Assembly (NCBI GenBank): GCA_973895155.1
Contig: OZ316895.1
Location: forward strand, 15,196,816 to 15,260,815
DNA: 64,000 nucleotides
Direction: 5' to 3'
Source: Marsupella aquatica
Lineage: Eukaryota > Plantae > Marchantiophyta
How positions within the stretch are numbered: position 1 is the first letter of the stretch; every line of letters starts with the position of its first letter. The notes beneath the pieces were generated by a model. It saw nothing but the letters and a program-made list of their open reading frames with translations, did no database searches and was not told where the DNA came from. Made by a program: the position numbers and the translations under genes. Below, in pieces: positions 11,546 through 24,803 of this stretch.

Positions 11546-13854
11546 AGGAGTAGAAGAATTTCTTTCAAAAAACTTTATTTAGTTATGTTCTATATAGGGC
11601 ATTAATTACACCAAAACTTTGCGCATGATATGGGACCACCCTTGGAGTAACGCCCCCGAGCTTGGATCAAGCTTGCAAAAGTGAAGATGATAACTTACCA
11701 GCAGGTTGTTAAAAATTTCAGCAACAACATACACAAGAAACCAGCCAGCAAAACACATCAACATCATGAATACTGGTTTGCCTTTGTCATGGCTACATCC
11801 ACGGGAATGCAAAAGCTTTACTAAGTTTTTGCTAGCAATAGTCACACCAAGCCTCCAAGTACAAGCTCCAAGATTGATAGCCTAGCTCTAGTTGTGGTGG
11901 AAGGGGAGGACAAGGAGTGTGTAGGGTGGGATTGGACCATGCAAGAAAGCATAAATTTGTATGAAAAAGGACGATTGGACTTGTTCCAAATGAATTTTTA
12001 TTGATGTGCTTCAAGTTTCTTGAAGATGAAAGAACTCAAAAAAAATCTAGATGATCTTATCTGTTTTGTCACAATGATTCAGTCACTTTCTATGTACTCC
12101 CTCTTGCCCTTTCATTGTTATTTCCCCCCTCCTAACCTTGAGCATCTCCCTGCTTGGCATCATATGGAAAGGTGGAATATGTTAAGGAAGAGGGTTTGCA
12201 CACATGAAATGAGAGGTTCCATACTATAATTTGTGATCAAAGATTACCGTGCATGACCTACTCTGTAGAGTGAAGCAACGCGATTAGGGGCAATCAAAGT
12301 CTACCATTCATGACCTACTCCATCCGGGACTCTATCAGTTGAAGCCATCTAAACATCATAACATCGAATCCCAACCTTTTCCCTCATCTTCCATTTACTA
12401 AATACACTTTTGAAGAGAACTCATTATGACTGTTGGATTTACACCATGAGAAGTGGTGAAAGGAAGGATAAAAAGAAAATTTTGGCATAGATGCACGTGC
12501 ACCCACACCTAGACTCACGCACTTAGCTGTAAAAATACTAGTCTCAAGTTACTTTGAAATTAAGTGTTGAGTTGACATGTGGCTATCATGGGTACGTTGG
12601 TTTGAAAAGAAAATCTAACTGGGCCCCACATTACATATATAAAACATTTGGACACATGCATGCCCCCATTCGCATAAAAGAAGATGATAAGAAAAAGAAC
12701 AAAACACATTAGAGTTTTCAGTTGAAAGCAGATTGTTCATAGAAGACTGAAAAGGAATTTAACGTCTATTGAGAGGAGAACTTTTATTATTATTTTTTCC
12801 CAATTACATGAACCCTTACCCTTAAAAATGCAGCAATATCATTGACCAACTACACAATGGCTGCAAGCATTAAATGGCCACAACAATGAAATGGCCAAGT
12901 GATAAATTGATCCTAATAATGAAAATGGCCACAAAATCAAAATTTATGGTTGTAACAACAATTGTGCAATGCACAGGCAATGGGCTTGCAGGCCCTCATT
13001 TCTCTGGCAGATTTGTATTTGTGTTTAGACTATGCCTGTGAGTAAGGATAACATGGGCAGTGCGGGCCCTTCCTGTGCATAAACATGGGTATTCAGCCTA
13101 GAATATCAAGAAGGGAGCAGTACATCCATCAATCCACGAAGTAAGAACTTTAGCGAGCATCCATAGGGTAGGGGGAGGAATATATGCACTGGAGGAGTGG
13201 AGTATGCATGGGGGTATTCATGGGGGTATGCATGGGCTGTAGAGAGCACTTACTAGAAAAACAATTTGGGCCACAATCTGGACATTAGTTTGGAAAAATT
13301 TAACCCGGGATAGTCATTGTCAAACCATAGGCTGAATAAAAAGGGGGCAAAGTAGCCTTGTTTCCTTATAACAGTAGCAAGGTAACAAACCTCAGGTTTT
13401 GGTTGGGCAAAGGCACAACAGCTAATTCAGACTAAAAAGCCGTGCACCTTGAAAAGCACCAATACTCCAAGGATACAATCATCTTCTGAAAAGGAAGAAG
13501 GCAAGAACACCAGTACTCTAAGAGACAAAGTGGAATATCTATCCTTACAAAGAAGGAAGAAAAATAATTGACTCTCTCAAACGAAGGAAGCAGGAACCCA
13601 ACAAGAAGCCTTGGTGGATGACAAAAAGCGAGGAAAAATGTCAATGAAGCACTAAGACTAGTTGTAAGAGCTTGCTTTCTTGTCAAGCTAATAAAAGGAG
13701 AACCATGGCTTTCATGGAAGAACCCACCTCCCCAAGGTTAGTAGAATATCCTCAAACCATCTACTTCCTATCCTGTCCCCCAAACTAGTCAAAATGACTC
13801 GTGCCCCAAAACTAATTTAATTGTCAGGGTGCCCCCTAAGTTGTATTTGAGTGA

Positions 13855-14315
13855 TGTCATGTCATTCTAGGTAGTATTAGGGTATATCATGCTATCCAGG
13901 TTTATAAGTTTTTTATGTGTATTATATGAGCCGGTAGGGTTCAGTTAATGTTTTTGAGGGATCCCTTTGTTGTGGCTTGAAGGCCTCACTTCTTCAATGT
14001 TGAGCCTTTGAGCATGAGCTCTGGCGGCTATGGTGTGGCCGGCCAGTTTTGTGTATACATAACGTGGATTCCTCGGATTGTGAGGTGCATTTGGCTCGAT
14101 ATCTGTATGTGATTGTTTTGGACGAGATTGGATGTTTGATTGGTGTTGATATCATGGATTGATTGCACATTAAGATTATTGTGGGTTTTGGACATGTGTG
14201 GACATGAGTTCCACTTGTATTCCACTATCTTGTGTTTGTGTTATTGGATTGTGCTTATGTTTGGGTGTGTGTGACAAGCAATGTATATTGTGTAGCGATG
14301 TGTATGCGCACGACA
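13855..14315 (+). mobile_element. Solo LTR (461 bp), family A, copy 1
   Basis: TGTCA...CGACA termini flanked by a 4-bp direct repeat GTGA/GTGA; homologous along its length to 17547-18008 on the opposite strand. Orientation is inferred. Confidence 0.8.
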
Positions 14316-15215
14316 GTGAGCTTAACCAGATTGGCCTAACCCGAGATGATTGGTTTGGAGACAATTGGAGTCTCATAGTTTGGCCAAACTAACCCCAACT
14401 TAACCTTTAAAGTGGGGGACCAAATACAATAGTAAGTGACTATGTGCTTGTAGACAATAGCTGGCACTCCAATTACATGGTGATTGTGGGTGAAAAAATC
14501 TTTTTCAGGGTGAAGGTACGGCTGGAGGGGATTTTGAGCAACAGGATTATGAGCTTTCACGTATCCACAAACAAATCACATATGATCTTGAGTTAGTATA
14601 GTCAAGTTAAGGAAACCCACATGTTTGAGTAAAATTCTTTCAAGGAATTCTCGATACGTAGGAACTGGAGTCTTGACCAAACCAAGGTAAAATGCACCTT
14701 TATTTGGATTCTTAGCTTCAATGTTGACTATATTTTAAAAAATCTACAATAGACAATGCCCTAGTATAGCCACATCTTTCCAACATATATTCTTCGTTAC
14801 TAAAACTTCTTGAATCTACACAAAATACATTTTTAGTTGTGAATTCTGGAAACCCAATATATAGTTCTTTGGAGAAGTGTAGGAACTTCTTTTAGTCTCT
14901 ACAATTGACCGCCATGAAGAGTTTGCACCAACATAATGATAAAATTGTCAAGAATTTAAGAAGTTTAAAGCCCCAGTCAGATGGACCAAGACATTGTCTT
15001 TGGCAATCCTCATGGAATATGACAGGGAGAGTCACCTGTTGAATCTGGAATATAACCAAACTGAGGTAATAAACACCTAAAGGTTCACTAGCCCCCATGA
15101 ACTATATGGAAATATTATTGTTTACACCCAACTTGAGTTCCCCCTCCCCGATTCACTATGGGGCTTCCTTCTAAACACTGAAAAAACACACCAAAACACA
15201 CAAGCTCTACAAGGG

Positions 15216-16689
15216 TGTGGTAGTCACTGCCCTGGCTGGCCGCTACCCCCGGCGACACAGCTAACCTCAAAACCTAACATGCGACACACACATGTATCAC
15301 CAACCTATCCTATCCTAAGGAAGATCGACGGTGCCTTCGATAGTGCCCACTACCACCCGCTAAATAGGGACTCACTTGAGTCCACCACCTCCTATTCTAT
15401 CTATCTACTTTGCCTACCAGTCTCAATCCTCCTAATCACCACCACCGGTCTGCCGTAAAGGGAGGGGCCCCTACAATTGTCAAAACTAAAATTTTCTCAG
15501 AATTTACTTCTGAAAACATATCTAAGTAGCCCTCCTCTTCCTGATCACAGATCTGTAAATGGCGCACAAAACAAAGGTCAAACGGCCAAGATATGATCGT
15601 TTAAGTTTTTACGGGACACCATCCCCCTCCGTTTGGTCCGTACAACACCAGGGGGGCCCGACTTGTCCCACAATAGGGGTGGGGGGCTTTTTTGCTGCCA
15701 TCTCCACTTATGGGAAAAAATTGGGGTTCCCGGTTGCAGGATGTATGGACATCCGTACGTCTTCGACTTCGAGAAATTATCGTCAATAATGTAATCTAAC
15801 ATATCTTTATCATCTTGACTCCATTTTGGCTGTGTGATATATCGTTGGATTCAGCTCGGCGAGCTCTTTCCAAATTCCCGTAAAATTCTGGTTCTAAGAT
15901 GGTCAAAAATCTGATGCTCATACGGCCAAGGTCCGTACACACATTGAAATCAAGCACAATAGAGAAAAGGTTTAGGGTTTAGGAATGGGTGGGAACCCCA
16001 CAAGTGAGAAAAAGAGAAGGAAGAAAGTGTGGGGGCCCCTTCTACGGAGTGATCCTTCTACGGAGTGGGGAAGGGAAAGAGAGCAAAACCATGTGAGGAC
16101 CACACAAAGGGTGAAGGGGAACACAAGTGTGGGAACCCCTTCCTTCTAAGGGCACTCCCACCGTCATTACTCCAAGATTGCCTAGTTTTACCATTTTACG
16201 GGCATTGAGGTTTCTCAAGATGTCACTGTTTGATACATACCTAAAATTAACCAGGGAACCCGAGTTTTGCATGGGGCTCATTGAGGGCTTCAAAATGAAT
16301 CCAAACATGACCATGTTTGGAATAGAATAGCGCAGAAAAGTTTGTTTAAAGTTTCAATGTTTTCTATATTTTGGTCATTATTCCCGTTTTGCGCCTTATG
16401 TGGAGCCTCCGGCCAGCCCCCACCCCTCCGAGATGCCCACACCTTGGCCTCCAGGTCCTTGGGTTGCCTTTTGGCCTCCTTGTACCCCCTCAATGGCTCC
16501 ATTGTCATCCATCACAGCCCAACACCCCTCTCAACTCCGGCCTTCGGTTATCGCATCCATTTATTAGAACTAACAAAAATTAAAATTTTTGAAAATCCGA
16601 ACACTTTTATTACACCTACTTGTCTTTCTACTTATATACGCAATTATAAGTTATCACTAAGTTACTACCGGGTTTGGGGCCCTGTCACA
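15216..16689 (-). mobile_element. Probable long (~1.47 kb) LTR or LTR fragment, gypsy-like
   Basis: On - it runs TGTGACAGGG...GTGACTACCACA (TG..CA) with a CT-rich internal leader and an AAACCCTAAACC motif. No matching TSD (AAGGG vs TGGCC) and no coding domain were found. Confidence 0.45.
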
Positions 16690-17546
16690 TGGCCCCCATG
16701 AGATGCTCTCCACCAGGCTTGGGACCAGTTGGTGACAATCTCATCTTGCACCTGAGATTTATATTGATAACCATGTTTGGCAAACACAGGCAACGAGCAA
16801 TGGCTTAGAGCTAATCAATGCTAATTAACATTAATTAGCCTCAAGATGATCAATTTTAACGTCATATAATCTCTACATTTGCGGGGAAGTGTTGCATGCC
16901 ATACAACCATCAGAAAATGAAACACTGGCCTTATCGTGCCACTCCGGTGAGAATCAAGGTATGCAAATGTCTCCATGTCAATGACCACATCAGTTGTGTT
17001 GTCTGGCCCTGCTTGCCTTCTGTGTCCCTATGTTGTGTGCTATCCTTTACTTGTTCTCGTGCACTATCTTTGCTTGCTCGCTCGTGATAGTCTCTGCCTC
17101 CAATCTAATGTTCCAGATTTAATGACTGCTTCTCTAATGTTTGTGCTGTTGCATTCCCTTGTGGCCATCTGATCAACCAGACCTATCGGTGTTTGTAGGT
17201 CATGTTGTAGGAGTGCTCAACACTGCCTTTTGTTACAAGTTTGAGTCATTATGTTATTGTGACTTGTTGCAATATAGAACTGAACACATTCAACAAAGAG
17301 ATTTGGATCCACTTTATTCATACAACTAGAATTGCTTCCTTGAAGAAGCTAGTGGACAAACCAACAATGACAAGGCAACTTAGCATATTGAATGAAAGGG
17401 AGTTTATATGAGGAACAAATTTAGAACCGAGAATAAGAAATAATGGAATTTGATCAACATGTATAGGTTTCATTTAATGAAACTGAATTGAAGCCAATAG
17501 TACGTACTTATTCTTTCCTCACTGCCAACTCCAATCATAAGGCCTT

Positions 17547-18008
17547 TGTCGTGCGCATACACATCGCTACACAACATACATCGCTTGTCACATACATCCA
17601 GACATAGTCACACTGCCACATCACAAACACAAGAGAATGAAATACAAGTGCAACTCATGTCCACACATGTCCAAAACCCATAATAATCTCAATAGAATCC
17701 AAAAAACGATCGACACCAACAATACACACTCAATCCCGTCCGATCCGATCACAAACGTATGTCGAGCCAACGCACCTTGCACTCAAGGAATCCACTCTAC
17801 ATAGAGAGAGCTCTTAGCCACCATAGCCACCACACAAGCTCCCCTCTACAAGGCTCAACATTGAAAGATAACCTTTCAATTCCTCACAAGAGAGAACTAC
17901 CCTCTCACACAAACCTAACGGAACCTTATCGGCTCATATAGCACACATACCAAACATACGGATCTAGATAGTACGATACACTCTAACATTACCTAGAATG
18001 GTGTGACA
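17547..18008 (-). mobile_element. Solo LTR (462 bp), family A, copy 2, inverted relative to copy 1
   Basis: Reverse complement starts TGTCACACCATTCTAGGTAA and ends GTGTATGCGCACGACA, matching the termini of copy 1; flanks CCTT/CCTC are a near-perfect 4-bp TSD. Confidence 0.8.
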
Positions 18009-20904
18009 CCTCTCCTCCCATAAATGAACCAGTACCCCGGCGCAACCCCAAAGCTGGCCACCAAGCTGTTGTGAGCAGCTGAGAAATCCATTTGTGTATC
18101 ATATGAATGTTTGCATTGCAAAGGTTCAATCTCAATCAATCAAAGATCGACTTTGAACATCTGGATTGGAAGTTGTGTTTTACTGACTGGAAATGACTAC
18201 AAATAATGCTTGTCTTTCAATTCCTATTTGAAATTGAGGCCAGACATTGAACTGAATGGACGTCAGGTTCTACCAAGACTTAAATTCAATTTTGAGGGAG
18301 GGTTTAACTGGCAAACTAGGTTGAGCACGGATTGACTCTTGCATGTAAGGATGGACTACCAAGGCATAATGACAGTAAAAGAATGGGACTTGCAACAATG
18401 CAAACGTAGCGACAGAAGGGCAGCCATGCAGAGGAACACAACAATACAAATCAATAAAGCTGGGAAAGGGAATCAACAAGCAGCAAACACATCTTGAAGC
18501 AGCAGACATTGCCGCAAACATTGCCTCTCTTAACGGCGGTAAACTGAGGCTATTCAAAACAGAACCTGAAGTCCAACCTTGGAAGTAGGAAGCAAGCACA
18601 AGCTCGGGAGTTTTTCTCAAGGAGATCTTAGTCTACCAGACAAGGAGGGCTTCCGGTTAAAGAACAAAGGAACACACATGTATTAGCTATGGTAAAAACA
18701 TTGGGTCACATTGCATATGAACGCAAAGCGGAAGAAAGCCATGAAAGGTTGTGCACTCACATTTTACAGTAGACATAAAGCTTCTCATTGGACTGTCACT
18801 CATGGCAAAAGTAAGGGAGGAAGGGTTTAGGGATGGACCGGGGATGGAGTAAAGGGCTGGAAGGATAAGGTTATTGGGAGAATCAACTGAACTTGCACTC
18901 GGGTGATCTGGCAATTTGCAGGTCACCTTTTGGACAAAACTACAAAGAATAGTATTCAAGCATATTTATTTATAGTGTTTCAGTCCAAATCATCCACACT
19001 TGCTTTGTGCATCAAGGGTTCCTAAAGAGCCAAACTATAGGTCTATCAGGGCTTTTCTTTTAAACTGATTAACAACGTGACAGAAAACTTCTTATTTCAA
19101 TAATAGACTGGCACAGTCCATTGCAATCTAAAAATCCATCTTATTTCCTTCCTACTTAGTTCCAAGTTCAATGACTTAAAACTTTGGCATAATTTGCAAA
19201 CAAACATTTTCAACTCCAAGACATACAACCATATGGAATGAATATAGATGATATTACTTTGACATTGGAAGCTATAGGAAGCTTTTTGCCAAGATTCTCG
19301 TCCAATCCAATCCTAGCTACTGTGTAACACTCACACATTGCTTTATAATTAAGTCTCTCAATCATTTTGCGAGAATGGAATGTTTTACACTACCTCCATT
19401 GTCTAGCAACCAGACCCATCAATAGAAGGAACAAGAGTAAAAGGTGGGCACAAAGTTCGAGAGCTTGGGTTTGTGTATATCACAATCTTTACTCTCAATC
19501 ACGCCTCTAAAGGGGCATTTCCACGAAAAGCAAACAATAAGTTCGTTGAACGTTCAGATGAAAGAAAGTACCTTATAGTCAATATGCCAAGTGCCTACTA
19601 ATCTCCTGTAGATGAAAAATTCGCTTCCATAAAAACAGAAAGTAGACGATATGACAAAAAACATATGGAATTCTTGGACGAGCATCCCTTGTCATTGTAC
19701 TTCTTGTGGGTGTAATTTAAATGTCTACAGGATTTTTCATGAAAAACCTCTATGGGCACTAGCCTGAACCGGTTACTTGCACGAGAATAGAGATAAGACA
19801 AAAACCTTGCAGAAGAATCTATGTTGTTTCCCTTCATCTTTGTCCCATCCCTATTTTTGAATGCAGTTCATGTTCACTTTTGCCCTTATTAGTTTTGTCT
19901 TTATGTATCTAGAGTTATGGTACGGAGGCTTCACTCTAGAAGTCTAGACTCCAACTCTAGCTTCTGTTCCTGGTTAATTGTATAGATGACAAATGCATAA
20001 TGCAAAAAGTTCCTAATCCAGGTGCTTGCTTATTCACATTCTATAATTAGCTATAATTATGTTGAAATATCCTTGTTGGAGTTGTTTTTCTCTCTTCTAT
20101 TGTTTCCCCTCTTGAGTGGGGTTTTAGTGAATTTTAATAGATTAACCAGTATGTCTGTCCAGCTTGTTCACCACATGTTTAGTCTGATTTCATATGATAT
20201 ACATGCCCACCTCACGGGTTCCTGACATTGGTACCCACTGATCTTGGGTAGTTGAAATAGTGTTGGCTTGGTGATTATGCAATATAATCATGAGTTAATT
20301 TGAAGTTAAATTATTGTAATTAAGTTTGTAAGTGTGTCAAGGTTATTACAGCAAACCTATTAGAGATTTAGAATATTGTAGTGAATCACTAGAAGGATCT
20401 AAATCTAGTCTGGCCTAATTAAACCAAAATTGCTCAATTGAGTTAAAAACTCTAGTAAATTGTTTTCCGATTGTGAAATCATTCCATTGTTGTGCATGAT
20501 CAAAGATGAAAACTACTTGCTCATCTTTTGAACTAAACCCCGGCTAAAGAATGTGCAGATTTGGGTCAGTAGTAGATTCCTTCACCCATAATGCAAGCAT
20601 TGTGAGTTTAGCCCCACTCTACTCTATACTTGAGGATACAGCAAGTAAAGGATTTTAATACAATATATGATCAAGAAGTCTTCTTGCTATGTGCCCAGAC
20701 CAAAATAATGTTCATCTAACTGGATAGCATTGCTTAAATATATAAGCACCCCTTTATATTTCAATACACCAAATGTGAAACTCCTCTAGTAAAATTGAAA
20801 TATTCTTCTAGCTATCCACCATGCAAAGATTAGTATCATTGTTTCTTTCACATGCATTTTGATAAGCTTTTGCATTGTTGTGAAGTGTGTCCAAGCAATA
20901 GTGC

Positions 20905-20980
20905 AGGTTTAGGTGTTTAGGGTTTAGCTACTATATCATAGTAGCTAAACTATCTACTATATCATAGTAGCTAAACTATC
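20905..20980. repeat. Degenerate telomere-like repeats joined to a perfect 13-bp hairpin and a short tandem duplication
   Basis: GGTTTAGGTGTTTAGGGTTTAG runs into GTTTAGCTACTAT-ATC-ATAGTAGCTAAAC; CTACTATATCATAGTAGCTAAACTAT occurs twice. Confidence 0.75.
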
Positions 20981-22053
20981 ATAATCTCATTTTCCCAAAT
21001 CTTTCCCAAATCATTGGGATATCTCACATTCCAATTCAAGATACCTAGGAGTTGGTCCAGACTAGAAGCAGGTTTTGTTTAATAGGTGGAGGAGTATCAC
21101 ACTTCTATCTCACAAGAAAAGCTCTTAAGAGTGTTGCGGACAAAGTGATTGGTCAAGCTATTACTTCAAGCCAGCTGCCACAAAATTGAGAATATTTTCA
21201 TACATAGATGCAGGCCTCGACAACTAATACTATAGTACAACCTGCTTTGAAGGTTCTTGTGTGCTTCAGTTGTGTGTACCGTAGTCATGTATAACCTTGC
21301 CCGGGACCTCGCCATCCTGGAAAATTATATGCCCTTGCCTGATTTTTGCAAGTTTCAATAGCACAAGTAAGTTGCAATTCCAAATCACCCACCTACCCCC
21401 TGACCTACCCACTTAGTTGTAGTTTTTCTTTTTGCCTCAAAAGATTGAATGTTTAAAGAAGTACTTACTAGTAGTTACAGACCCCATGACAAGTCTCTTG
21501 AAAAATTCCTAGCACATCGTCGACCACCCCAGCGATTTCCGCCATAATACAAACATTTATGTTTGTGACAAAGGACAGACACTCCCATTTGTGTTTGTCA
21601 TGACACCGGCATGATTGGTTAGACCAGAATGGTAAACAAGTTGGAAAATCCAAAATAACAAACTAATAGTAGGGGTAAAAGAAACCTACCTATACTAACC
21701 CTATTCTAAAACTTTTGATTCATTAAAAATAATATTTTTTTCACTTTGGATCACTGGAATGATATGCAATGGTTATATGCAATGTGGAGTTCCCCCAAGC
21801 CATCCTTCTCTCACATGAGGTAATCATGAAAAAACAAGTCATATATGAGTTTTCTAACCTGGCGCCCCATCTTGGCATTTCCAAGTCCCCATCAATTCAG
21901 AAAATATATTCTCTAATTGAAGTTCCAAATGTGTTATATGTACACTAATCTATTTTACAATCATAATGGGGATATTCATGAACCTCAAAGATTTATGAGG
22001 ACTCTGGGTCTGTCTTATGACCCATTGCTTCCATCTCTCCACTATAACTACTT

Positions 22054-22235
22054 GGGGGTTTCATTTTCACAAAAATGACAAATCATGTACGACGAAAGAT
22101 AGGGTAGTTTTATTGGTTCTAAAAGAATACTTAAGAATTTTTGCAGAAGAACAATAGTGACTTTCAAATTCAATTTTGAGACTTATAAGAACATTAATGT
22201 ATTTTTAATCAAAATTTTAGAAATTTCAAAGAATA
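22054..22235. repeat. Diverged AT-rich dispersed repeat, copy 2
   Basis: Colinear similarity to 11366-11545. Confidence 0.55.
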
Positions 22236-22528
22236 TTCTAATTTTATGGTGGTTTATATATATAAATTATTACATTTTAGGGGTTCTGAGGCCTAAAAAT
22301 GTCACAAGTGATGGGAAGATCTCCATATAGTGAGACCCCCGAGGGCAACTAATATTTTTCATTGGGCTCCCATCAAGGCTCCAATTATTTAAAATTGAAA
22401 CGGAACTATCATCCAAGAATCTTAGTTAGTGCAATAATAAATTATTTTTAAGGTTTGGGCCAAACTAGAATTTGATTATGGGGCCTTTGTGATACCTCGA
22501 AAGAGTTTTGTGAAACCAAAGGCAGGAA

Positions 22529-22938
22529 GGACCACCATGTTGGACAGAGTGCTCCCATGGACCACCTAATGTCCATGTGAATTTGGGGGCCATACCTTGA
22601 TAATTATGAGTCCTAAATAATGTTCCCATTTGCACGTGCAAGGAAACTAGAGAAGAAGGAGACATGACACAAGCCCAGATATTTAATGTTGATACGTTAA
22701 TCTAATCAAATTTGCCCCTCCTCATTTTACGATGAAGAATTCAACCAAAATGCCCAAAATTTCACTGTCACTTTGACGGAAGTGTAGCTTACCGACTCCT
22801 CTAGCAGATCCCTAAAATAAAAAGATATTAAAAATTATAAATATCAAATTAATACAATTAAAATTGAATTTTCATTGAAAAATGTGTTCCATGGGGGTTT
22901 CCAAGACCAACCTTGTCCTCCATGGGGCCTTCAAATTT
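22529..22938. repeat. Left arm of a ~420-bp diverged inverted repeat pair (partner 26946-27375); DNA-transposon/MITE-like
   Basis: Blocks TTTGCAC.TGCAAGG.AACTAGAGAAG.AGGAGAC, GATGAA.AATTCAACCAAAATG.CCAAA, GGAAGTGTA.CTTAC, TCCTCTAGCA and CCATGGGGGTTT..AGACCAACCTTGT recur in reverse complement at 26946-27375. Confidence 0.8.
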
Positions 22939-24691
22939 AAGTCTTGTCATATAGGGTTTACTAATATTATAAGCATGCCCAACACTAATAGGATATATTG
23001 TTTTTGTAAGTACAAAATTGCAACAGAAGAAAATCTGAGCAAATAGGTGGCTGTGCATGCCAAACTCTGTCTACACATGTATGGGATGGGGCAGCAACCA
23101 AAAGTATGTATGGCACTTCCAATGAGACAAGCTTAATTATGCCTTGGCATGGCATGAGTACATGGAATGGATGCACATTACTTTAGGGATTGATTAGGCC
23201 TTGACAAATAACGGAAGCATGCACATATACTTTTACTTACAACACTTTATCACCTATAGGCGATGGATACCTGACTGTGAGAAGTAAATACACATTTTGT
23301 GTATGTATAAAACATCCAGGCACGCATTCAATCACACAAGAGTGTTCACTTTTGTCCCACACACACTGACACACACCTTCACACAAGTGCTCACACACGA
23401 TGGATGCTCCATTTAGGAAAATCTAATGGTTGCGAAATTATAGGATGATGTGGATTATTCACAGAATTTATAGATTTACCAAGGTCTCTAACTGGACCCG
23501 TAAAAATTTCCCCAGGATAATTATGTTTAATTAATAATTAGGTAGAGTCGCAACACTTTTCAAACGTACAGAACTGATGAGACTACACTATTGGGACCAC
23601 CAGTTCTTGTAGCTAGTACTGTGGTGCTGGATGACATTGTGCCATGCTCCTTGCAAAACCAACTTATAGGTGGTGACATGCCTTGCAGGAGTCCAGTTGA
23701 TTTTGTCTCAAAATTCATACGCTCTTCTTATGCTTCTGATGAGTAATCGATCACATATGGCAAGGTAACTACATGGAGAAATTTCAATATTTTGAAAAGT
23801 CTCTCAAAGAGTCTATTCAATAGAAATAACACGAGTCTTTACTTAACATTTGTGCTAGCATGAAAGAGTATCTGCGCAACCCCAAAATCTGCAAAATGAA
23901 ACGCTTAAGGACCTTGTTTTCATTTTTGGCTTTGGCCTTAGTTGTGGCTTCCTGCCCTGGTTCCCTGTGTACGCTTTTCTATTCTGATGGCCTTCTTGGG
24001 TCCACCCTACCCTAGGTTCATCCGAAAGAAAAGAGAAAAAGGCCCTGTCTAAGTTGTCATGCAATGCAACCTGATGGAAACACCCCTTGTATATAAATAA
24101 TATATTCTATCCATACAAACATACACTATTTGAAATAATGTATTTTTAAAAAACTATGTACCTTTTATTTTTGTGATGTAAACATCTTATTTTATTTCAG
24201 ATGCATAACCAAGCTTTGATCAAAATAATATGAAAATACATATTTCGGGTCTTAAGTGGCGACTATAGTTTTTTGTAAATGATCCCTAAGGCCAAATGAA
24301 TAATGTCTGAAATTGCATGCTTGAAGGATGGAATGATGATGATACCAATCTATCTTTTTCAATTCATGTGTAACTCTTCTCTTGCTTGAGAAGGTGGTAC
24401 TCCATAATTAGCAAATGTGTGGATGGGATAAACGTTCTTGACATGGCAACTCCCTCGTTAGACACCCTCAGACAGATGAGAGATCACAAGACAAATGGCT
24501 TTGGCATCGGCGATGGAAAGTTGACGTTATTGTAAAAGACAAATGAAGCCATTCCAAGCCAAGCCAAAGAGATGTGAAGTGATACATGTATTTGCTGATG
24601 GGCTGCCTTATGAAGCAGGGATTTTAAAAATATTTTCACTAGGTGTCAAAGTGACAAGTTATCCCCCTGTCGAGGAAGTATATTTTGCCTG

Positions 24692-24803
24692 AACACATTT
24701 GACTCAATAGTTTCAACCGTCATAGCTTTATATGTAGCAAATTGACTAACACCATTTGGCTCACTACTTTCCACCGTCAGACCTTTAAATGTAGCAATTT
24801 GAC
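24692..24803. repeat. Short diverged tandem duplication (~57 bp x 2)
   Basis: CATTTG.CTCA.TA.TTTC.ACCGTCA...CTTTA.ATGTAGCAA.TTGAC occurs twice. Confidence 0.65.

Noticed and set aside
12480-12545. Possible Helitron 3' end (CTAG|T)
   Set aside because: No clean GC-rich hairpin at the right spacing and no 5' end identified.
18270-19840. ORFs at 18270-18620, 18687-18959 and 19598-19837
   Set aside because: No family motifs or splice-consistent structure.
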